DNA of 64,000 bases from Octopus sinensis (Eukaryota), in contig NC_043014.1 of NCBI RefSeq assembly GCF_006345805.1, forward strand, positions 33,108,001 to 33,172,000, written 5' to 3'. The notes beneath the pieces are model-generated. The model was not told the origin of the DNA. It saw only the letters and a program-made list of their open reading frames with translations, and did no database searches. Shown in pieces: positions 24,763 to 35,645 of the stretch. The position numbers and the translations under genes are program-made. Every line of letters begins with the position of its first letter. The stretch's first letter is position 1.

Positions 24763-25424
24763 CATTATTATTATTATTATTATTATCATTATTATTATTA
24801 TTATTATTATTCCAAGGTCAGCTTTGCCTTTCATCCTATCAGGGTTGATAAAATAAGTACCAGCTGAGGAGTGGGGTCGGTGTAATCGACTTACACTCTC
24901 CCTACACTTCCTGGCCTTGTGCCAAAATTTGAAACCTTTAATATTTTTATGCACAAGTTTTTCAACATCCCTTCTAAACTTAGAAATTAAAGAACCAAAA
25001 AAAAAAAAGAAAAGGAAATTGATAGCTTAATCAGGTGTAATAGAAAAGAAAAAAGAAGAAATAAATGAAGGTGTTGCCTTAAGTAGAGTTTTAGTTCAGA
25101 TGTTTTGATGAGATATGAGAATGTTATAAAGTACTAACTGACTTACAATAAGGTGATTATGTATGCATGTATGTAAGTATGCATGTATGTATGTATGAAT
25201 GTATGTGTGTATGTGCATGTATGTATGTATGTATGTATGTATGTGCATGTAGTTTGGAGGTGCAGAAAGATTAAGGGATTATAAAACGGAGTGGGAGAGC
25301 TGAGAGAATCAACGTGAAGTCAGAGTGGTAACAGAATGGTCTGTAAAACAGATGATAATAAGTTGTTGATACTCCCAAACAATAGATTTGCTGAGAGTAT
25401 ATTGTTAAGTATGTGTGTGAGCAT

Positions 25425-25430
25425 AAATAT

Positions 25431-25520
<90 letters not shown>

Positions 25521-25532
25521 TATACGTATATA

Positions 25533-25581
<49 letters not shown>

Positions 25582-25621
25582 TATATATATATATACACAT
25601 ATATATATATGTATATATATG

Positions 25622-25652
<31 letters not shown>

Positions 25653-25700
25653 CATATATATACGTATATATATATGTATGTATGTATGTATATACATACA
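25425..25700. repeat. Long (TA)n compound microsatellite
   Basis: Direct inspection. Confidence 0.95.
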
Positions 25701-26520
25701 TCATCGTCGTTTACGTCCGTTCTCCATGCTAGCATGGGTTGGACGGTTCGACCGGGGTTCTGGGAAGCCAGAAGGCTGCACCAGGCTCCAGTCTAATTTG
25801 GCAATGTTTCTACAGCTGGATGCCCTTCTAACGCCAACCACTCCGTGAGTGTAGTGGGTGCTTTTACGTGCCACCTGCACAGGTGCCAGGCGGGGCTGGC
25901 AACGGCCACGGTCAGATTGGTGTATTTTATGTGCCACCGGCACGGAAGCCAGTCGAGGCGGTGCTGGCATCGGCCACGAGTCGGATAGTGCTTTTTACGT
26001 ACCACCAGACCAGGGATCCTGGCTGGTTCAATTCGATTTCGATTTCGCTTGCCCCAACATGTCTTCACAAGCAAAGGGGGTTGGCAAGGGTGCCTGTCGT
26101 ACGGTCGCATTGGAGTATTTTACGTGCCACGGCCACGAGTCGGATAGTGCTTTTTACGTACCACCAACCAGGGATCCTGGCTGGTTCAATTCGATTTCGA
26201 TTTCGCTTGCCCCAACATGTCTTCACAAGCAAAGGGGGTTGGCATGGGTGCCTGTCGTACGGTCGCATTGGAGTATTTTACGTGCCACGGCCCCGAGTCG
26301 GATAGTGCTTTTTACGTACCACCAGGCCAGGGATCCTGGCTGGTTCAATTCGGTTTCGATTTCGATTTCGATTTCGCTTGCCCCAACATGTCTTCGCAAG
26401 CATGGGGGGTTGGGATGGGTGTCTGTCGTCGGATGAGGTTCTATATCGACTTCGCTTGCCTCAACCGGTCTTTGTGTCCAGGGAGGAAAGGCATTCATAA
26501 GTGGCTGGGCTCACTTGTCC
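25700..26520 (-). mobile_element. Young 5'-truncated RTE copy (3' UTR) with an internal ~158-bp tandem repeat
   Basis: Same 3' core as 57870-58030 and rich in CpG. Units start at about 25972, 26131 and 26289 (ggccacgagtcggatagtgctttttacg...). Inserted between (TA)n tracts. Confidence 0.75.
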
Positions 26521-26526
26521 TGCCTG

Positions 26527-26557
<31 letters not shown>

Positions 26558-26824
26558 TATATATATAATATATATATATATATATTATATATGTATGTAT
26601 ATGCTTGTAAATATATATGTATATATGAATGCATGTATAAGATATAAACTGATTGCAAATAACAAATGCACTTTTAATTTTAAAAATCTTTTTCTTTTTA
26701 TGAGAAACAATTTGTAAGAGGAGACATACATACTGCATGTCCTTTACTCCAATCAAATGATTTAAAACTGTATGCTCTGACTTGGGTACCAGGAAATGCC
26801 TTTGAAATATATAAATCATCAACA

Positions 26825-27192
26825 TCTCTATATATATAAACGGCAAAATGTGTGTGTGTGTGTGTGTCCTTTATACAAATCCACAATTTTTCAGTTAGAG
26901 GGCTCACACTTTTTATGGTCATTCAAAACCGTCCAAGGGTGGTCATGCACATCTTTACATTTCTCCAGTCACCCCGCAAAGCCATTAAAAAGTCAATAGA
27001 AGTGACTTTTTTGTGAATTTTCTATCCAAAACCCAATCAAAGTGCCCGAAATATGATATGCCAATTGAATGCCAGCTAGCTGTATGTGATTGGTCGGAAA
27101 TTTAGACAGTACTCGCATGTATGTGCGCACGCACACAGCTGTATATGCATGCACTAGCACTATGACCCGGCGTTGCCGGGTGATAGTGCTAG
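26825..27192 (+). mobile_element. Non-autonomous Helitron (~368 bp)
   Basis: A|TCTCTATATA...ctagcactatgacccggcgttgccgggtgatagtgCTAG|T. Confidence 0.85.
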
Positions 27193-27484
27193 TCATCATT
27201 ATTTAGCATCTGTTTTCCATACTGGCATGGGTTAGACAGTTTGACTGGGACAGGTAAGCCAGGGAGCTGTACCAGGCTCCTGGCTGATTTGGCTTGGTTT
27301 CTATGGTTGAATCCCTTTCTTAATGCCGACCACTCCAAGAGTGTAGTGGGTGCTTTTTATGTGTCACTGACACTAGCCACAACTACAATTTCACCTGGCT
27401 TGACGTCTTCTCAAGGACAGCAAATTGCCAAAGATCTTGATCACTTGTTGTCACCTCTGTGAGACTCAACATCTGAAGATTATA

Positions 27485-28037
27485 TTGGGTTGTCCGGAAA
27501 GTTCGTGCCGATTTATAGTAGCTTACATTTCGACATGTTTGAGTCCATAAAATAGGATTTGACTACATCTTCATTTAGAGCACAGTTTAAGCTATCTTTT
27601 CTTGGAAGAAGGTTTATGTTCCTATAACCTGTGTTAATTCTGTAACCCTTTAAAATGGAAGATAAGAAAGTTCATCTTTGGCACTTGATGCTTTGGGAAT
27701 CAGACAAAAATTGCTGCAGCTCGGCTGGGATGTGTTACCCACCCTCCATATTCACCAGATATTGCTCCTTTGGATTTCCATTCATTCAGATCTCTGCAGA
27801 ATAGTCTTAATGGTAAAAATTTCAATTCTTTGGATGACGTAAAAAGATACCTTGATGAATTCTTTGCCATGAAACCATCTCAATTCTGGGAAGAGGGTAT
27901 TTTCAAGTTAAAGGAAAGCTGGAGGTGCATTGTGTAACAAAATGGTTCATATTTGGTTGATTAAAAATGTAATGGCAAGTATTTATTGACCTTTTTCTTT
28001 CCTTTAAAAATCAGCACAAACTTTCTGGCCAACCCAG
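27485..28037 (+). mobile_element. Internally deleted mariner
   Basis: TA-flanked TIRs ttgggttgtccggaaagtt / aactttctggccaacccag. Transposase start MEDKKVHLWHLMLWE and end HPPYSPDIAP..FRSLQNSLNGKNF..QNGSYLVD*. Confidence 0.88.
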
Positions 28038-28039
28038 TA

Positions 28040-28665
28040 CTTCACCATCTTGCCCCATGTCTTCATGGGTCTACCTCCTCCACAGGTTCCCTCCACAGTT
28101 AGAGACTGATACATCTTTACATAGCTGCTCTCATTCATACACATCACATGACCATACCAGCACAATCTTCTCTCTTGTACACCACATTTGACATCTCTTA
28201 TGCCCAATTTTTCTTTCAAGATGATTACCCTCTGTCATGCATGCATACTGACATTGCACATCAGTGAAGCATACCAGCTGCATTTCTTTCAAGCCTTTGC
28301 ATGTCCTCTGCAGTCACAGCCCATGTTACACTGCTGTGTAGCATGGCTGTTTGCACACAGACATCAAAATATCTGCCTTACACTCTGAGGGAGTGGCCCT
28401 TTGTTGCCAACAAAGGTAGAAGTTCTCTGAACCTTGCCCAGCCTATTCTTATTCTAGCAGTTACGCTCTTGGAGCATCCACCTCTACTGCTGACTTGGTC
28501 ACCCAGATAATGGAAGCTATCTACTACTTCTAAGTATCCCACCTGGCATTTGACAAAGTCTATTTTCTGTACATTTCTAGTGTTTATCCTACATATACAT
28601 CTGCCACATGCAAAGACTACTGTCTCTGTTCATCTTCCACTGATATCGCTGCAAGCATTATGATA
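28040..28665 (-). mobile_element. RTE-clade LINE fragment, same family as 56850-58030
   Basis: Minus strand: HNACSDISGR..FACGRC, atgctacacagcagtgtaacatgggctgtgactgc, MKEKLGIRDVKCGVQERRLCWYGHV. Confidence 0.8.
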
Positions 28666-28790
28666 CTAATAACCTGACTTAGAACTCAATAAATTATACA
28701 ATGCTTCAGAAAGAAGCATTAGTTGAGTACAGAGCAGTAATAAGCAAATGAGATGAAAAAGTAATAAATAATTATCTTATGAACTTCATT

Positions 28791-29050
28791 GTGGAGGCAT
28801 GTGGCTTAGTGGTTAGGATGTCAGCATCATGATCGTAAGACTGTGGTTTCGATTCCTGGACCGGGCGATGCGTTGTGTTCTTGAGCAAAACACTTCATTT
28901 CACATTGCTCCAGTCCACTCAGCTGGCAAAAATGAGTAACGCTGCGATGGACTAGTGTCCCGTCAAGCTGGGGAACGCATACACCACTGAAACCGGGAAA
29001 GCAGGCCCATGTGCCTGGCTAGGCTTTACAAGGGCACATTTATTATTTTT
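28791..29050 (+). mobile_element. tRNA-derived SINE, family C variant
   Basis: tRNA-like head. 14-bp TSD ttatgaacttcatt at 28777-28790 and 29051-29064. Confidence 0.85.
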
Positions 29051-29566
29051 TTATGAACTTCATTAGCCCAGAGCTGTTTCTGCTATAAGATGCAGAAGAC
29101 TCACAGTTGAGTGTCTGACTAACAACTTATAGCTTCATTGGAGCCTGCGTACTTCATATTTGAGACTCAGATGAAGTTATAAGATATTACTTATATATAT
29201 ATCAGCTGCTGTAGTATCATAATGTCCACTGTTTCACGCAGGTATGGAGTAGACAGAATGCATGAAAGCAGATTTTCTGCAGCTGAATAACCTCCCTATC
29301 ATCAGCCATCACCTGTTTCTAAAGAAGGAAATATTCCCCATTCAGCAAAGACTGGAAACGAATGTTACTTGTTTGATGGTGACGTTGACTTGCAATCATG
29401 TGATGTCAAGACAAGGATAAATACACACACATACACACACACTTATATATATATATATATGCATGTATTTATACATGTAGATGTCGGTACGTACATATAT
29501 GTTTGTATGTATGCATATATTTTATTTATTACACTATATATATATATATATATATATATATCAGGA

Positions 29567-29762
29567 CGCCATGATAGATCGTTAGCTCCTACATGCATTT
29601 TTTTCTCTCCTTGTTTTTTTCTGTGTATCTTTCTGTCGAAGAGCGTAGGCTCGAAACGTAAAAGACTTTTTCTATTTCTACTCCTGAGCACTATACTAAT
29701 ACATTTGTTTGTTTGTACTCCACCTGCCTTCGTCTTTTGTTTATTTTCGTAAACTTTCCCGT
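29567..29762 (+). mobile_element. Penelope-like terminal repeat fragment with a minimal hammerhead-like motif (29628-29665)
   Basis: tcttt-CTGTCGA-A-GAGC gtag GCTC-GAAAC-GTA-aaaga. Homologous to the inverted copy at 29916-30076. No RT or GIY-YIG ORF was seen, so the Penelope assignment rests on the motif. Confidence 0.55.
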
Positions 29763-29915
29763 TATATATATATATATATATAATCAAAATAAGCAATAAG
29801 GATATCCAGAGGTAATGTTTGTTGCTTATTTTGATTTTAATCACCTTACTTTGAAATTGTATGGATAATACCATACTAAATTCTGGTGCCTCAACTTAGG
29901 TACATATTCATCTAA

Positions 29916-30076
29916 ATAAGACAGGTGGTGTACAGAACAAACAGATGTATTAGTATAATGCTCAGGAATAGAAAAAGTCTTTTACGTTTCGAGCCTACGC
30001 TCTTCTACAGAAAGGGACACGGGAAAAACAAGGAGAGAAAAAAATGTGTGTAGTGGCTAACGATCTATCATGGCGA
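29916..30076 (-). mobile_element. Inverted second copy of the Penelope-like repeat, with hammerhead-like motif (29978-30014)
   Basis: Minus strand: cttt-CTGTAGA-A-GAGC gtag GCTC-GAAAC-GTA-aaag. Shares cgccatgatagatcgttag through ccacctg with the + copy. Confidence 0.55.
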
Positions 30077-30209
30077 CTAGTGCCGGACAGAAGGGTCAAA
30101 CACAGGAAGGAAAGTAGGGGAGATAACAAGGTAAAGATGACCCCCCCCCAACACAAAGGTGTGTGTGTATAAGAGAGTATGTATGTGCATGTGAAAGAGG
30201 GCTGGTGGT

Positions 30210-30410
30210 CTGGACGTGTGCGTGTATGTATGTGTAGGTGTGAAGATGTGAGGGTGGGTGTGTGGGTGGTGTGTTGTGATGTGATGTGTAATGTTGTATG
30301 GTGTAGTGTGGTGTGGTGTGATGTTGTTGGGAGGTGGGGGAGGCGAGAGTGGGGAAAACATGGGTGGGGTGGGGGTTCGGCTGGGGGTTGGGGTAGAGTT
30401 GGGGTTTGTG
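30210..30410 (+). repeat. G/T-rich low-complexity tract with many G-runs
   Basis: gggaggtggggg..gtgggg..gggtggggtggggg..gggggttgggggt..gggg. Confidence 0.8.
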
Positions 30411-30449
30411 GGTAGTACACACACACGTGCATAAATACACACACATATA

Positions 30450-30953
30450 CAGAGTTGGCCAAAAGTCACTCGACAGTAAATCAAAATTCCATAAATACTT
30501 AATATTCAGTTTTATTTACTCATTTGGAAAAATGAGGTCGCGCAAGAAGGACTTCAGATTGAACAATTTTCATGATTAGAAAATTACTATTTCTAAATCT
30601 CACAATGAGATATATTTAGCAACAGTACTTTGGAATAAAGATTGTTTGCCAATATAACATGGCAGTCCTGGTTTAGGACGAATGTTGCTGTAATTTAGCC
30701 CCAGGAGACATTGTCTCCAGCGGGCTGTACAACACAGATCGTGTCATATAGCCAGCTGGAGACGATGTCTCCTGGGGTTGAATTAAAGCAACATTCATCC
30801 TAAACCAGGACTGCCATGTTATATTGGCAAACAATCTTTACTCCAAATTTTCATGATGTTTCGTATTTAGATGCTTTTATTAAATTCATTCATAAATAAA
30901 TCTTGGAATTAAATGGTTTTGATTTACTGTCAGCTGACTTTTGGCCATCCTTG
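30450..30953. mobile_element. Tc1/mariner-type MITE carrying an internal ~100-bp-arm hairpin
   Basis: TA|CAGAGTTGGCCAAAAGTCACTCGACAGTAAATCAAAA ... TTTTGATTTACTGTCAGCTGACTTTTGGCCATCCTTG|TA. Confidence 0.8.
30629..30847. repeat. Long imperfect hairpin (arms ~101 bp, loop ~17 nt)
   Basis: tttggaataaagattgtttgccaatataacatggcagtcctggtttagga... pairs with ...tcctaaaccaggactgccatgttatattggcaaacaatctttactccaaa. Confidence 0.92.
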
Positions 30954-31591
30954 TACATACATAGATACATATATATATATATATATATATACTCATACAC
31001 ACAGACCCACACATATGCATGCACATAACACACAAATATATAGTTATGCTAGAGTGTAGGCATGGGTATATTGTTAATAAAATTGCTTCTTAAGCATGTG
31101 TATGGCACCTTGGTCTTCTTAACTGGACCAAACAAAGCTTAGTGAATGAATTTCATAAGAGACTGAAAGAAGTCCATCACATACATACCATACCTACATA
31201 CATTCATATATATATTTATTTACTTATTTGTATACACTCACATGTAAGTATATATTTGTTATACACACACAAACAAAATTCACTTCCTCACAGTTTTGCG
31301 TCCTCCAAATTTAACTCATAAAGCATTGCTCAATTTAAGGTCCACCATAGAAGGCTCAGGTTAGGCAATATCTTCAGAGTGCCTAAGGAATAAAACCTGG
31401 AGCCATGTGCTTATCAAATGAACTTCTCAACAATACAGGTCACTGATATGAGTTGCAAAACAAAATTAAATATTATTTTGAAAATAATTCATATGAAGTA
31501 TTATAATCTATTTTTGAAACACATCATATGTTATTGATATTTAGCCACATACCTGCCCTTATCAAACAGATATGTGATCATTGGTATTCTA

Positions 31592-32954
31592 CAAGGGTAA
31601 ACTGAAAAGTTTGTAGACTGATCAAGATACTCTTATGGAATGTGACCAAACGAGATTTATTTTTCAACATAGTTCTCTTTGCAGTACACTCACTTTTTCC
31701 ATCAGTGTTGCAGTGACCAACAGAATGGAACTTCCATTCTGTTGGTCAGAAATGTTATCAACAACAGACATGATGTCATCATCACAGCGATACTGGTTCC
31801 CAGCCAAGGATGTTTTCATGTCAGATGATAGTCAGATGGTGCCAAATCAGGATATGGAGGGTATTCAACTAGTTCAAAGCTACAATCACACACAGTAACC
31901 ATTGAAACCAAGGACTTGCGTGCTGGAGCATTGTCTCGATGAAACAAGACCCCACCCCCTCGTCAGTTTTCCTAAGTGTTTGATCTTGATAGCCTTTCAT
32001 AACTGCCTCAACAAGTTGACACAGAACTTTCCATTGATGGTATGGCCCTTTTGAAGATAGTCAATAAACACAATGCCTTTTGCATCGTGTTTATACAATA
32101 GGACAAAATTTATATTAATTAATCTCAACCGTAGCAAGGCTCTATAACCTCACTACCTCCTCTTGGTCCAAAAAACAAAACAAAAAACTGAGGCCATCAC
32201 CTTCCCTGCAGATGAAATGATCTTGACTTCCTTTAGGATAGGCGAGGAGGGGTGTTTCCACTGCATGGACTGTCTCTTTGTCTCTGGTTCAATGTGACGA
32301 AACCAATGCTCATCCTGGGTTAGGAAACGTTCAAGGAAAGCAGCTGAATCTGCATCAACAATGTCAGATGTGATCAGCCTGATGTGCTTTTGATCAGGTG
32401 TCAGAAGACATGGCACCCACCAAGCAGAAACCTTCATCATGAGAAGTTGATTGTGCAAAATATTCTCAAATCTCTCATGGGATATGCTAATAGCATTAGT
32501 TATTTGATTTATTGTCAATCACCTGTAATCCATTGCCATGTGATGAATTGATGAATGTTTTCCTTGGTGGTGTCAGTTGCAGGACATCCAGACGTTAGGT
32601 CATCTTCAAAACTCTCACTTCCCCTCCTAATTTCAGCCGCCCACTTTTTCATTGTTGATAAAGCTGGAGTGTCATCCCCTAATGTAGGAACTATGTCAGA
32701 ATGAATGTCCTTGGCAGGGCTAAACCCTTTTTCTGCAGGTACTTGATAAGACAATGATACCAAATTTTGTCCATTTTAAAGAGAAGTTGCAACCAGTTAC
32801 TTTTGAAGTCTTCTTTGAACAGTCAAATGTCAGTTTGCTTGGAAAGAAATAATGCAGTTATTAATAAGAAGTGTTGACACTAATGTATGCAAGATTTCAC
32901 AGCTCTAGCACCACTCCTTCATTGTCAGCCTATGAATTTTTCAACCCGCTCTCA
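31592..32954 (-). mobile_element. Degenerate mariner transposon
   Basis: TA-flanked imperfect TIRs (caagggtaaactgaaaagtt / aatttttcaacccgctctca). Frameshifted transposase with KKWAAEIRRG, WVPCLLTPDQK (WVPHEL-like), LTQDE and SKQWKH-like motifs. Confidence 0.85.
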
Positions 32955-33160
32955 TAGTCATGATCAGGCCATCCTTTTCTTGAGCATTATGTATCCATGA
33001 CTACATCTTCCAATATATTTGACCCTTTTTCAAAATAAAGTATAATTTGAGGAATATTCGGTCGATACTTCTTTCATGAATTAACTTACTGCTTTTAAGT
33101 TCTGTCAAAAAATTTAAGGATTGACATTCTTTGAACTGCTTAGATCTTAATAACAAGTAA

Positions 33161-33523
33161 TCTCTATATACATAAACGGCAAAATGTCTGCGTGTGTGTC
33201 CTTCATAGAAATCCACAATTTTTCAGTTAGAGGGCTCGCACTTTCTATGGTCATTCAAAACCATCGAAGGGTGGTCGTGCACATCTTTACATTTCCCCAG
33301 TCGCCCCTCAAAGCCATTAAAAAATCAATAGAAGTGATTTTTGGTGAATTTTTTTCCCAAAACCCAATCAAAATGCCCGAAACTTGATACGCCAATTGAA
33401 TGCCAGCTAGCTGTATGTGATTGGTCGGAGATTTGGACAGTACTCGCGTGTATGTGCGCATGCACGCAGCTGTATATGCATGCACTAGCACTATGACCCG
33501 GCAACGCCAGGTCATAGTGCTAG
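33161..33523 (+). mobile_element. Non-autonomous Helitron (363 bp)
   Basis: A|TCTCTATATA...ctagcactatgacccggcaacgccaggtcatagtgCTAG|T. Confidence 0.85.
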
Positions 33524-33964
33524 TATAGTATAAAAAGAGATGTCAGGTGAAAGGAGTATTCATTTACAGAAAAGTTGTAGGGTTGGTTAAAACAAGAATG
33601 TATACATACATATACACTGCAGAATAAAGTAGATACTCTTAAATCAATAGAAAGCATTAGTGACAATTGATTTCTTTTGAAATAAATCAGTCGAGATTAA
33701 CTTAAACTGACTTAAGGACAAGTGTTCTTTGATCAACAACATCTTGGTGAATGTGGAACTAAATAAAGCTCACTCTGTATTTCAAAAGATCAGAAATGTT
33801 AATTTAAGTTCATTATCATCGTTTTAAAGCCCTCTTATCATGCTTGCATACATTAGATGGAGTTTATTGAGGCAGATATTCTCAGCCAGATGCCCTTCCT
33901 GTATCTAACCCTCACACATTTCCCAGCCATGCAATATTTCCCCATGGCCAGAAATGTTTTTGCA

Positions 33965-34200
33965 TTTAAGGCGGCGAGCGGGTAGAAACGTTAGCATGCC
34001 GGGCAAAATGCTTAGCAGTATTTCGTCTGCCACTACCTTCTGAGTTCAAATTCCGCTGAGGTCAACTTTACCTCTCATCCTTTTGGGTTCATTAAATAAG
34101 TACCAGTTATGCACTGGGGTCGATATAATCGACATAATCCATTTGTCTGTCCTTGTTTGTCCTCTCTGTATGTAGCCCCTTGTGGGCAGTAAAGAAATAA
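33965..34200 (+). mobile_element. SINE family B monomer
   Basis: 14-bp TSD gaaatgtttttgca at 33951-33964 and 34201-34214. Confidence 0.88.
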
Positions 34201-34399
34201 GAAATGTTTTTGCAGAATTATGAAGGAGAATGAGGCTGCATGTTTGACAGTGACACTCATTTACACCTATCACACAGTGTCAATACACACTCACACATTT
34301 ATAAATTAGGATAGCTAATAAACTTGAGGAGAGATATGAAATAAGAGCTGATACAGAGAATTAGTAAGATCTACTTGTCAGAACAACGCTAAAAAAATG

Positions 34400-35030
34400 G
34401 ACCAGTTCATAGAAAAGATATGTTCTGTTGTGAACATCTGCTGCCTTCTGGACATTATGACGTTAGAAAGATACAAGAGAAAGAGGACATCCATGGACTA
34501 TTGTTGAGGAGCTTGCAAATCCAGTACCCAAGATACACCTTCAGCTTCATACTTATTATTATTAAAGCAACAGGATACATACCAACCCATCTGGACCAAT
34601 TTTTTTATTTATGCGCCCTTTTCAAGCCTAGCCAGGCTCATGGGCCCAGTTTCCTGGTTTCTGTAGCATATGTGTTCCCCTCAGCTGGACGGGACGCCAG
34701 TCCATCACAACATTAGTCAAGAAACAGGAAGTAAAAGTGAAAGTTGGAGCAAAAGAGTACAACAGGGGTCACCACCACCCCCGTGGAGCTTTAGGTGTTT
34801 TCGCTCAATAAACACACACAACGCCCAGTCTGGGAATCGAAACTGCAATCCTCCGACCACGAGTCCACTGCCCTAACCACTGGGCCATTGTGCCTCCACC
34901 ATCTGGACCAAAGTATGGTTGAATTTGGGATCTTGAGGAAGAGAATGCAAATCCTTAATTCATATGCTACAAATGATCATGATATCTGAGACTATAGATG
35001 TCTGCAAGACTTTCTTAAGATTTAAAAGAT
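34400..35030 (+). mobile_element. Degenerate RLE LINE 3' fragment interrupted by a SINE
   Basis: Homologous to 6415-6895 (atacaagagaaagaggacatc...caaatccagtacccaagatacac). The sequence resumes after the SINE at 34600-34898. Confidence 0.65.
34600..34898 (-). mobile_element. tRNA-derived SINE, family C variant, inserted in a LINE relic
   Basis: 13-bp TSD ccatctggaccaa at 34587-34599 and 34899-34911. Confidence 0.88.
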
Positions 35031-35159
35031 GATAGTCAAAAGAAAATACTTACTTCACAATCTTGTTACCAAGTAGGTGGCTGGTCAAAATTTACTCTAA
35101 AATTAGAAAAAGAACATACACACACACATGAATGCAAAACTTTCAGCTTCTCATCATCA

Positions 35160-35645
35160 TCATCATCATTATCATCATCATTTAACGTCTGCTTTTCATG
35201 CTAGCATGGGTTGTATGATTTGACTGAGGACTGGTGAACCAGATGGATGCACCAGGCTCTAATCTGATCTGGCAGAGTTTCTACAGCTTGAAGCCCTTCC
35301 TAATACCAATCACTGTGAGAGTGTAGTGGGTGCTTTTACATGCCACTGGCACGAGGGCCTGTCTGGCGGTACTGGCAACGGCCATGCTCAAATGGTGTTT
35401 TTTATGTGCCACCTGCATAGAAGTCAGTCCAGCGGCACTGGCAACGACCTTGCTCGAATATTTTGTTTACATGCCACCGGCACAAGTGCCAGTAAAGTGA
35501 TGCTGGTAACGATCATGCACAAATGGTGCTTTTTACGTGCCACCGGCATGGAAGCCATACAGCTGCACTGGCAGTAATCCTGCTCGGATGGAGCTGTTAG
35601 CACTCCACTGGCATGAGTGCCAGTCATCGAATTAGGTTCAATTTT
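35160..35645 (-). mobile_element. 5'-truncated RTE 3' UTR copy with several GTGGCA(C/T)GTAAAA units
   Basis: catcatcatttaacgtctgcttttcatgctagcatgggttg core and repeated tttta(c/t)gtgccac. Similar partial copies lie at ~11760-11970, 27195-27480, 33830-33950, 60840-60980 and 61425-61700. Confidence 0.7.

Noticed and set aside
29310-29370. Further hammerhead-like motif (ctaaagaagg...ggaaacg)
   Set aside because: The core is mutated, there is no clean stem II and no GUH site.
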